64,000 nt of DNA from Nageia nagi. Its lineage: Eukaryota > Plantae > Pinophyta. The position numbers were made by a program, and so were the translations under genes. Where the stretch lies: positions 5,456,001 to 5,520,000 of the forward strand of contig JBITNC010000002.1 of assembly GCA_050084985.1 (NCBI GenBank). Reading direction: 5' to 3'. Positions 1 to 12,600 of this stretch are shown here, one piece after another; within the stretch, counting starts at the first letter, position 1; each line of letters starts with the position of its first letter. The notes below the pieces were generated by a model. It made no database searches. It was not told the origin of the DNA and saw nothing but the letters and a program-made list of their open reading frames with translations.

Positions 1-533
1 AACAAATCGATTATATCTATATTGATATCTTGAAATTATTTTTATTATAAAAGAAATAAGGAGAATGATGTAAATCCATGGAGAAACATTTAAAAATGTA
101 ACAAATGGTATAAATCCATATAGAAATGTCTAAAAATATAATGAATGATAGAAATCTAGAAACATCTAAAAATTGTAACAAATTATCCGATAGAATAGAA
201 ATAAGAAACATGATTCAAAACCATGAAAAAAAAAAAAATTTCAATGATGCAAGAGGAGTTGGAGAGGAGTAGGAAGATAAAACTCTCAAAGTTGAGAAAT
301 GGAGATCCCAAGTTCAAAACTCTCCTTTGTCACATCATATAGATATGTTAAATCCAACCGATAGATAATCACGTTGGCGTGGATGAAATAAGGTACTAAG
401 TGGATCAAATGAGGTACGACTCCCAAATGACTTTGACAAAAAATCTAAAATATAAAACTAATCAATTAACCCATCTAATAATAAAATTAAAAATTTTATA
501 AATATTGCGTAAGTCAATATCCATACAATCTTT

Positions 534-644
534 CAAATCAACTTACTGAAAGACGTGGACACAGTGGAGCCCGATATCATTTTTCTCTTCCAAATCAACT
601 TACTAAAGATGTGGCCCAATGGAGGCCTGATATCATTTTTCTCT
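534..644. repeat. ~56-bp tandem duplication (2 copies) just upstream of the ATG at 658
   Basis: caaatcaacttact(g)aaaga(c/t)gtgg...ggag..(c/t)gatatcatttttctct occurs twice, head to tail; copy 1 carries ACGTGG. Confidence 0.8.
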
Positions 645-657
645 GTGAAAGAAGAAG

Positions 658-3600
658 ATGATGTTCGAGTGTGGAGCTCACCTTACTCTCCGACCAAAAC
701 AGGACATCCTCATTCCAGGCCAAGTACAACCACTACACCCCAAGGGGAAATTGAGGTGGTGGAATGGTGTTGAGGCCTCACAGTCGAAGGACAAGAAAAA
801 CGGTAAAGAGATAAGGGTGTGTCAAAACAAAGCCTGCACTAAAAGTGGCTCAAGGGAGACTCTCCGATATCTTAGAGGCCTTGCTCCCCCAGATGTTCAA
901 GTCAAGTCCTGTGGATGCCTTGGTACTTCTTCGACTGCTCATAACTTTCCTTGTTCTTGTAAAACAGCTTGACCCAGATCATGAATTATCTACTAACTTT
1001 TATGAAGTTCAGAGAAAGAGTGTCTAGAAGGGTGTTGATCAGTTACGTGGTTGAGCCCTTTACAATGAACTCAATCCAAGATAGGAGCATTTTGGGTGAA
1101 ATTAGATGATGATATAAGATGAGTTTGAGGTTTGTTTTGCGACCTTGATCCATATGAATTAGGGTGTGATTATTGTTTTGTGGGTGTTAATTATAGATAT
1201 ATTTTGCACGAACTACAATTCGTTTTCGTTTTGAAGATGTCTTTGGATGGGTTAATCAACCAGTATCACTGTGTAGATTGAGTTTTTTGCTGATAAGTTA
1301 CTATTGCACTATCCATTTTCAGTTATTCTCAATAAGTAAACCAATTCAATAATAATAATATGTAGGATTAAGGTTCTCGGTGCATCAAACACATGATGGG
1401 ACCAGCCAAATTTCCTGCTTGTTTATACACAATCCCTCTTTAGGTTCGAACCTATGCTTCTTGAAGGCTCATTCACAATTAATGATGCACATGAAAGACT
1501 AATGTCAAACTTTGGGAAGTAGAGCAGGTTACAACCATTAATAGACCAGGTTCCAATGGAAGAGTAATCCAATTTTGGGTCGGGGCCATATATGATATTC
1601 CAGAATAAGAGCAAGTTGTCAGGCTTTTGTTTTTTGTTTTCTAGGCTTAGAATTTGTTCTGCTGCACGTGTTTTTGATACACTACTTTGGGCTGTTGAGG
1701 TTCAACGCTTACATGCGAGTCCTTGCATATTAAAGACCCAAGTTGAAAACTATGCTATAGACAAATACTTCGATAGGAGATGTGCACCAATGTCAGGTTA
1801 TTCTAGTAACCTAGGGTTTGCACCTAATTGCAAAAAGAATTTCTACTATTCTATCTATGATAACAGTAAAAGCCCTTTAGTCTTATCTCTGTTAGAACTT
1901 AGAAGTATGCTATTATAATAAGAATTGCCTAACACTGCTATAAAATATTGTAATGACTTGACAACTTGAAACACAAATATCTTGAAATGGGCAGTATGAA
2001 ATGAATTTGCAAAATAAAGTTGATTGTCTCGTGAATGAATTGAACTTCTTGGGTATAATATTACCTTAGATTTTGTATTTACGTTTTTTAGTTCTAAAAT
2101 AACACTCACTTTTTCTGTAACTTTGTTTTGGCCAGTCTTGAATATTCCTCATCCTCAACTGTTGAACATTATAGCTTCAATTTCTTTGAATATTCAGTAC
2201 TCCTAGTTTATTGGTATCCTTCTGTTCAGAACTTAGTTAAATTTCTATAAGAAGAAATTAATTGTTCAATTTTTATAGGTAAATTAATTTCCTTTGTAAA
2301 ATTGCTCCTGGTATTTTTAGTGATTAAAATAGCTTTTGTATCCTGTAGCTCTTTTGGGTGGTAGGTTATGGTATTCTTGGTAACATGTTATAGGTGACCA
2401 TTGATACCTAACTTGACATTAATAATATTAACCAGGACATTAAATTATATTTCTTTAAAGGATATAACTTAAGGTAGTTACTTAGAACATGCATAAATAT
2501 TTACTCTATTGATATAATCTATGTTTCATAAATATGGATATTAGGGTAGATTTTTTTGTATGTTGTACGTCTCCTGCCCTCTCATTTGATCATGATGGTG
2601 AATTACAATCATATCATATTATTTGGGCTATGGCCCTCCATCAGTGTTCTTTATTCTTTTTTTCCCTCCTTATTTGTTTTGATGTGTGGTGTAAAGTCTG
2701 TTCATTCTTTTTTGAGCTACCTTTGGTTTTATGATGTCGGCTAAACTCATTCTAGTCTGTATTTGTTTATTTTGTTCAAAACATAGTTCAATTTCTACAC
2801 AAATGAATTAATTCCCTTGGCAATACTACTCAAGTGATTGTTAGGTCTTATAACTGTTGTATCTTTAAGGCTTTGTTGGTATCTTCATATTAGTAGTCTG
2901 TATTGGTTTCTTTTGTCATGCTCTGCAGATAATTATTTTTTTCTTGTCTTTTACCCTGTACAAAACATTGGTTTCTTGTTTTTTTGGTTTCTTTTCATTA
3001 AAGTTCATGCATAGTTCCTGTTGGAACATTTACATTTACATTAGTACCTTTCAATTAAGCATTAATTCTTCTTTTGCAATTCTTAGGTGGCCATGTCTTA
3101 GCTGTTTGCGAAAAGCATGCAGTTTGTAATTGAGACTCAAGTTCAATTGAGTAATTTCACATTGCCATGTAATCATTTTGCAAGAATAAAATGCCTCACT
3201 TGTTTTTCGTGGAATCACCCTATACCAAAAATTTAATGAAAAAGTTGTTAGCTTTGTAATCTGCAATTTATACTGGAAGGAATTGGGTTATTACTTGTTC
3301 AAGAAGTAAATTTAAAGATAGCTTAAATATAAACAGCACAACATTGTTTTTGATGTGCAGGTAACATGCATAATATGCAGTTTAACTTATCTGGAAATTT
3401 ATACTGTGGAATGAGAAAATTGTTGTCAAATGTCATTTACCCTGATTCTTCAAGAATATGCAGGTCGTTGTGGTAGTGGTCCAAATTTAGTAATTCTTCC
3501 GGAAGAGATTTTTGTCAGCCATTGCGCAACTGCCTTGCATGCTGCCCATCTGTTGGCTAATCACTGTGGAGCATCAGACCCTGAGAACAACTTAAATGTA

Positions 3601-6600
3601 CTTTTGCTGAAAGAGCAGGGTAATAAAGAGTTTGAACATGGGAATGCTGTGCGTGCAGAGCAGTTGTATTCACAGGTCTAGCCAAATCTCATGTTGCAAT
3701 GCAAGTTTATCAATTTCTTTCTAGGAGGGAGGTTGGATGTTCTCAATCGACTCCTGTATGTAACTTGTGAAGGGAATAAAATTATAAATGCAACAAGAAA
3801 TAGCAAAACTGTTGTGGTGAGCATTGCAACTACAAGCATAACATCCAAGAATTTTGACCTTATGCTCTCTTTGATACTTTGATACTGACAGGTGTATCTG
3901 TTTAAAGCTTTAGAGCAATATGACTGTACTATAGAAATAAATGACTGTACCCTCAACATGTACATTCTTAGGCTCTTGTGACACATCGTTATTCCAAGCT
4001 TCTTGAACCGAACAGAGTAAAGTAGGGACTGCCCAATCTTTATTTTATCTGATAAAGCTATGTTCCTGAAGTTGCACATAACCATGTCCGAGTTAGATGC
4101 ACATCAAAAGACAATATATATGTTAAATCATTCGGACACAAATAAGACTAAGAGCAAGGACCCTTACCATTAGAGCTGCAAGATCAAATATTTGATCTCA
4201 TGTAATGATCATGCTCGAAAATCTTGAAGACTCCTAATCTGTTCTGCAAACATTTAGGTTTTATGAATCTGTGAAACTACCTTTAATCATTTCTTAAAGT
4301 CACTATTATGATACAGTCACTATTATTACTTATGGTCACAGACTTATACAAGATATCTATAGATGCCACATATGCAAAGGAAACAAGCAGGTTCTTTCAG
4401 AAAATCTGTTAATATTAAGTACAGTAGTTCTTGAAGTTACATGCCAATTTTGTTAGAATTTTATTATTATTTTTTTTATAAATTGATTTAGTTTATTGTT
4501 TGTTAGTTGTGAACTGAACTAGTTAGCTTTCTGAAAATTCATTTGGCTAGAACTTGATTTGCAACCCATAAAATTGAATACTCGTCTAAAAAGGAAGAAA
4601 GAGTTTTGATCCAAGTATCCTCTGAACAATTCTGTTTTGAACTGTGAGTCTGACATGTTTGTGAGAGACATGTCACATGTGCGAAGAAACTTTTATGATG
4701 AATAAATGTGATAATTGAGTCAAACGGCAAGTTGAGAATCCATATATTCTGTTTTGTTGAGAAAAAATAGATTGACTCTATTTAACTAAAAACAAATAGA
4801 ACCGTGCCTGCATTTTATATTTCCTGATCTTATGCATTCATTTTGAAAATAAACTAGCTTTTAAAGATTTAATTAACACAGTTGGATATGTAACCCAAAA
4901 TGCCTTTGGGTTTGCAGGCAATTGACCTTAATCCGTCAGGTGGTATGCACTTCCTATATGCAAATAGGTATTGTTCTTATGGTCAAAAAGATGCAAGATG
5001 ACCATTTTCTATTTATATTATCAAAACTAATCATGTGCTTTCTAAATTCTTTGCCAGGTCAGCTGCAAGATTAGCAATAGGTGACCATTTTGGTTCTCTT
5101 TCAGATGCAAAGGAAGCTTCAAGAATAGCACCCAATTGGCATGTTGTAAGTACCTCTATGGAATATTGTTTTAATACGTGACTTGTTTACACAGTATTAT
5201 TCTATCCATTACATAGGGATGTTATGGTGGCAACCATTGTGTGTGGCCTTATTAGCCAATTGCAATAGGTTAGAAAATTATCATACTTGCTTCAAAGTAA
5301 TTCTTAAAAAGAATTATAGGTAAGTTGATTTGAGTATCTATTTATGAGATTATCAATTTTTGTCTGATTAGATGCAGCAGACATATCTAGATAATAGTTG
5401 CTTCTTTGCACTTTTATAATTTATAACTTGGAGGTATCTTTAGCCTATACACTTAATATAATGCATAGTGGTCATTTGCACTTAATTTACATACTGATCA
5501 GGAGCTTATAACAGTACCTTTTGTTGACTGTATTTGTTTTCCTCTAGTAGTAAGATGTATATCCATCCACCCTACTTCTTAAGTTTTGAATAATTGGATT
5601 GTAATATTCCTAAACAAAGATTACGAAATACAACAAATAGCACTTTTCCAACACAGAAATATTTTTTGGTATTTTGTATTATTTAATAAAATCACATTGA
5701 TGGAAATCCACACATATCAGAAAATGAAATCCAACCTCACAATAATGGTAGTCTGTTGTTTTATTCTGCACATTGAGAAGTTTCATTCCCAAGTTTGATC
5801 CAAACCTTGACTGCTATACACCACTAACTCTTATACACAGCTATTCACAACTTTGACTATTTCTAACTGGAAAGAAGCAAAACTAGAGGAGAGGGGAACG
5901 CTCCAAAACGTTACTGCTGATCAACAGGCTTCAAAGGAATTATCCCAAAAGAAAAAGTAGGACAAATGAAGAAGAGACATACCATTATATAATTAAAAAA
6001 AAACACTTTACTAACCACTAACACTTATTAATTTTGTACTGACATGCATGCATTATCTCCCACTAACTGCTCTAGGATATTAATCACTTTAATAACCACT
6101 AGCTTTCATTAATTCTCTATTGGCATGCATACAATATTTTCCAGTAATTGCCACTGACATGCATGCATTGATTCCCACTAACTGTTTCAGGATATTTCCT
6201 ATTAACATGCATTATTTATTTATTTAATTTTAGAAAATCAGGGTCATCACAAATCTTCCCCTCCCGACTTGCTTGCGCTCAAGCAAGACAAAGTTGGGTG
6301 GTCAAAGATCTCAGCAGATTCCAAAGTGGCATCTTCTGATGGGATTCTTTTTCATTGCACAAGTACCTCCGTCCATATCCTATTCCTTAGTCATTTCTCC
6401 CTTGAATTCAAAATCTGATTTGGTATCATAATCAATTTCCCTTCATCATCAAGTGGTGGGGGCTCGATAGAAGGTGTAATTTGCTGCCCAATTGCCCTTT
6501 TTAAACATGAGACATGAAACATGTTATGAAGTTTACTGTTAGAGGGAAGCTTCAACTCATATGTCACTTCACCAATTCGCCAAATTACTTTATAGGGATC

Positions 6601-9600
6601 ATAGAAGCATGGTTTTAATTTCTCAACCCATTCTTCTTTAATGAGGATTGTCGATAGGGTGTAGCCGAAGGAAAACCAAATCTTCAACCTCAAAAGTACG
6701 ATCAATTCGATGCCTATCAGTGAATAACTTTTGTTGGTTTTGAGCCCGTTCTGGCTGATCCTTTCAATCCAACCAAAATCTACTTGCTCTGTTCTACAAA
6801 ATTTGGGCAGTAGGTGCTTGAATCTCTTGTATGACTAATTTTGAAAATGTGGGTGCAGCATACCCATACAATACCTTAAAGGGGGGACATGCTAATGGAC
6901 ATATGATGAGTAGTGTTGTAGCAATATTTTCTCAAGTGCAATCATTTAACCCAAGCTGATTGATGATCCATAACAAAACTTCTCAAATACCCCTCAAGCC
7001 ATATATTTACTATCTCTGTTAGGCCATCGGTTTGGGGATGATAGCTAGAATTGAGTGTTAATTCTGTCCCTGTGAGTTTGAAAACTCTTGCCAAAAAGTA
7101 CTCATGAATCTAGTATCTCTACCACTCACAATATTTTGAGGCAGCCTATGCAAATGGATTTCTTCTTTAAAGAACATATCAGCTACTTGTGGGGCAATAT
7201 AAATATGAGAAGTAGAGAAGAAATGTGCAAATTTAGTAAGTCAGTCTACTATCACAAAGATGTTATTCTTACTGCTTGCTTGAGGAAGGCCAATAATGAA
7301 GTCCATGGAGATTGATTCTTATTTTTGTTTTGGAATAGGTAGTGGCTAAAGAAGCCCCATTGGATATGAATGTTCAGACGTCATTTTTTGGCATATTCCA
7401 CACTCCCTAACATGTTGTATCACATCTGATTTCATTCCTTTCCAAGCAAATCTAGTCCTGATTAATTTGTATGTCTTAAAAATCCCTGTATGACTGTAAT
7501 AAGCTAAACTAAGACTAGCAGAAATGTTTAAGAAAAAATGCTAGATCTATTACAACAATGATTAGATCCACTCAATACAATACGATATCTACTCTAAACA
7601 ATGCTAGATCTACTCTAACAATGCCATATCTGCTCAATCTATGCCCTAGATCTCAGATCTGTATAATTACTGAATTAATTACAGAAATTTAACAGTAATT
7701 AATAGATCAAATCCCCTTCAGAAATATTTATTTCAGAATGACAAATACAACCCAAAAATTGCAAGAAAATGTCTCAAAATCACAAGTGATGGTCCTAGGG
7801 CTGGATGTTTGACTTGGAAGGACATATCTATGCTGTTTGGTTCTACCACAAAAATATCCAGAAATTGTCCAAGGTTGGATGTTGGCTTGGGGAAGCTAGA
7901 AAACCCTCTAAAATGGAATTTCACCCTCAAAGGCTGAACGCTCCACCTTCGGAAAGAGAACTCTTAGATCTAATGTAAAAATGCTGTCCACAACCCCTCC
8001 AAATGCAAATCTGAATGTCTAGGTCTTCACTTATCCTCAGTGATGCTCAAATGAGAATTCTGAATGAATTCTTCACAAGTTGGGAAACTCAAGGGTATGA
8101 TGCCTCAAGCATCTAGAGGGTTTTGGTTCTCTAAGATCTCCAACTCTATTCTTGTAGGATTGCCAGTCTACGAGAGAAATAGAAATTGCTAACCACAACA
8201 TTATTCTCCAAGGAAACAATAATATCATCCAAAAACCTCCTTACAAATGAAATGCTGCTTCTTTATAAAAGCAACGGAGCATGAGATCTCTTTTAGGGTT
8301 GCAACATGTAATCCCTAAATCCAACGGTCCATATTGAAGAATTAATCTTCTCTCTTGGATGCCGATGTCCCACTTAGGAGGACTCACTGTAGACGCCTAA
8401 AAATGATTTATTATTTATTTAATAAATTATATTTAGACTTCCTAAATGACTTATTGCAGTATTACAAATGTCAAGATAAAGTTGATATTACAATGTGCTA
8501 GGGCCAATGCAATGTCATATGCTATGGTTCATATTTCAAATTATCTTGAATAGAACAAAGTTTTATATTATTGCTAGAGGTCGGCCTTCACTCCTCTCTA
8601 TGTCTTTGCAGGCTATATATGAGAGTGGAATAGGTTGACCTCCATAGATCAGAACTCTTTGATATGACAAGATCTTTGATAGGTGGTTGTCTCCTGCAAT
8701 CTTTATCAAGCAACAGTGTCTCTTGACACCACCTATTATGAGAAATTGTTATACTTTGAGCTCTGAAACTTTCTATCTTTTGCATGCTCCATAATTCATC
8801 ATATTCAACATTGTTAATGGCGTGCTTCTCCAAGATTGTTAACAGCATGCGTCTTGAGGATCGAGGGTTTCAAATTTTGGTGGCAGAAGCTATTGATTCA
8901 TGCATACAAAGATCCATTACGAGCTTGTCTCCAATCCGATCCCAAGCCTTCAAAGGACAATTGACATTTGCTTTTGAAGATTGTGCATACACTTCATATC
9001 AGGTGCATGCTTTTCATGTATATTTGTTGTATTTGATATAGTTTACATATTTAGCTCTTCTTATATTGTAGATTATTTTATGTGCATATTCGTATTTTAC
9101 ACAATTTAGACAATGACTTAAAAAGACTTTTAAGCACATGCTAAAATAAATCACTAATGCTAGTGACATTTATAATTCCTAATTTTTATTTAGAACACTT
9201 CTAGATACTCCCTAACTCACCTATCTTACTTTATTAAAATACAGCATGACTAACCTCATTAGAACTTCACTAACTAGAACATCATACAACACTTAGACAC
9301 ATTTTAACAATTTTAACAATATTTACAAAACTGGATAAAAATAGGGACATTACAATGACCAGCTAGAGGAGAGTCTTGAAAGACTGTAATGATTTTTATT
9401 TTTAGCTTAGAATTTGTTAATAAATTTTTTTTGTCCTTATTATAGTAATACACAATTCCTTGCTTCACTTGATACCTCTTATCCTTGTTTATAACAACAA
9501 TTGTTACTTCCAGTAATTGAGAAGTGAAATCATTTTTTGCATACTCAACTATTAATTCCTCTCTTTAAGCAAAATCTATAAAGGAAACCATTGTTATTTT

Positions 9601-12600
9601 TGATCTTCTAGAAAAAGCATCAACTTTAATTACTTTTACCCTTGACATACTTAATGTCAAAATCATAATATTGCAACTTGCTCACCCACTTTTGTTGCTT
9701 TCATTTAAATCTTGTTGAGATAGGAAGAACTTTAGACTGTTGTGATTTGTTCTTACTACAAAACGGCCACACACCAAATATTGTTTGAACTCTTCCAAGG
9801 CATGCGTTACAATCAACATTTCCTTGTCATAAATATGGAATTGGCACTCGATCTCTTTCAATTTCCTATTCTCAAATGCTATTGGCCATCCTTGTTGCAC
9901 GAGTACAACACCGATCCCTTCCCTTGAAGCATCACATTCTATAATAAAAGGATTAGAAAAACTAGGTACAACAAGGATAAGGTCGAACACATCACCTTTT
10001 TTAAGTGGTTGACGGCTTTTTCCGTTTTGGGTGACCATTGAAAAACACCTCTTTTTGTAAGTTTAGTCAAAGGGGCAACGAGTTGTGAAAATCCCTTGAT
10101 AAACCTTCAGAAATAGTTGCATAACCCAAAACCCACTTAGATGCAAGAGTTTTTGGATAAGGCCACTCTTGCATTATATGTATCTTTGATTGATCCATCT
10201 CTTCTCCTTCCTAGCTGATAACATGACCAAGGTACAAAATTTTCTTCATACCAAACTCACACTTACTTTGTTTAGCAAATAATTGCTATTGTTGAAGTAC
10301 AACCAATATGATTTCCAATTGTTCCAGGTGTTTCTCCAATGTTCTGATGTAAATCAAAATGTCATCAAAGAAGACTAATGCAAATTTTTGTAAATATGGC
10401 CTAAATATCTCATTCATGGTCGACTGGAAAGTGGTTGGTGCATTATTCAATCCAAAGGGCATTACCAAAAACTCGAAACGACCATAATGACATCGGAAAG
10501 CAGTTTTGAAAGTATCCTCATGTTTAACTTGGATCTGATGGTACCCTGAATGTAGATCAATTTTATAAAAGAATGTTGCTCCGTGCGACTCATCAATCAA
10601 CTCATCAACACGTGGAATAGGATATCGATTCTTAATGGTTTTCTTGTTTAGGGATCGATAATCGATGCCCATTCTATATGTCCCATCTTTCTTCTTAACC
10701 AAGACAAATATGCCCTAAAGCAAATCATTCTTTGATGGCACACTCAATCTCATCCTTAAAATTGTGAGGGTGCCTATAGGGTGTGACCATAATGGGTCTA
10801 GCCCTTGGTTCAAGTTCAATAGTATGCTGAAAACCTATATCTAGGGGAAGACCAGAAGGTATATCATTAAACACAACATAATAATTTGTAGGAAATTTAA
10901 TTTTGGGTGGATAAGTTACCTCAACAGTGGTGGATTTGTCTTTATGATTCCTTTCTCAATACGGTAGATAGCAATCCATTCCACTTGACCTTTCCGAATA
11001 ACTCTTTCAATTTTATTTGCGGTGATGGTTTGTACTTCCTCTAAGGCTACTACTTTGATAATCTTCTCTTGCCCTTTGTCCTTCAACTTGAGAGTAAGTT
11101 TTTGATAATATGTTGTGAAGTCACCCAAAGAGTACAACCATTGCACCCCAAATACATAGAAATCATTGGTGATTTGATGTCCATCCAAAACCATTGTAAG
11201 CTGCCTTACTACTTGTTTGCAAGAAATATAATAACCATTAGCTACTGACACATCACATCAAAGCCTCCAAATTTTTCTTTTTTTAAATGAAAGTGGGCCA
11301 CTACCCCTTGATCTATGAAGTTATGTGTGGCTCCACCATCAATGAGGGCTACAATTTGTTGCCCACCAATTCTGCCCCTCACTCAAAGAGTGATATTTAT
11401 GAGCTCCAAGAAATGCTGCTATGTTGACAGTTGCTTCCTCCTCCTCTGCTATTTTTGGAACAAGAAACTGTAATGTGTTCTCCCTTTTATTTTCTTGCTG
11501 CTGTAGGTCTGCTTCAGATTCATCCTTTTCATCAGAATACACTTCAATAAGGTGTACTTGGCCCTTTCCCATGCAATGATGTGAAGGGGTCCATGGATCT
11601 TTGCACGTGAAACATAGTTGTTCCCTTCTCATTTCATTCTGAGTTATTTCTTGGTTTGTTTGTTTCTTCCATGTACAATTGATATTTCACTAATCAGGAG
11701 GGCGAGATAGACCAACTCCTAGCCTTTGTGGAAAAGGCTTACGTGGGTAACTAGAAGATGTTGGGGCGGTTTCCATAGTAGTTTCTTTAGATGAGGATCC
11801 TAGAGAAGTTTGTTGTGTAGAAGACTTCTCCAATGCAAGTGCTTCCTTTACTACTGCCTGGAGGGAATGAAGGTCAAAAGCCTTAATAAACCCTTAGGTG
11901 GTTTCTTGCAGCCCCTCCATGAACAAATAGATCAATCTCTTTTCTGAAATGCCATGTACCATGACTGAAATTCTGTGAAAATCAACAATATATGTTTCTA
12001 TCGCCCCTTGTTGCTTTAAGTTTGACAACTCCTTGAAATATTTCTCAGGGTTGATGACCTCAAAACGGTCTAGACACCTTTCACAAAATCGATCATAGGT
12101 TATCACCAAATCATGTCCCTGTGTCACTAACCCATGGTACCACCATTCATGGGCTACTCCTTTTAGATGAAGGACTGCAAATTTTAAGGCTTCCTCCTCA
12201 TACATAGGGTTTAATGAGAAGTATGTGTTTAGCTTTTGGATCCATGCTCTAGCTGAAAACTTTATTAGATCAATCAGATGAGGGAACAATGCGTTTTCCT
12301 AAGCAGTGCTGCAAATCCCTATGAGGCTGATTGTGAGAGGGTCTCCATTCATTCTGGGCTCTAGGTTTGGACTTCAAATTGCAGAAGTCCATGAAGGATA
12401 TATCTCTTTGAAACTCTGCACTTTTTCACTGCATATTCAGCATGGAGGGCATCTAGATCATTCTCATGTTGGTACATCATGTTATTTCCTTGTTGCATAG
12501 CCTCCATTTGCAAAAAAGTAACTTGTGGTAATTTGGAATTAGCAATTGATTTAGGTAGGGTGTTCTGTTTTGCCACAGAAATTGAAGTTTCTCCTTGTTC

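Noticed and set aside
555-773. 72-aa ORF overlapping the gene start
   Set aside because: GTG start, built from the tandem duplication and out of frame with the supported exon 1
3678-4085. 135-aa minus ORF and 63-aa plus ORF in intron 2
   Set aside because: No recognisable domain or splice support; the exon chain is complete without them
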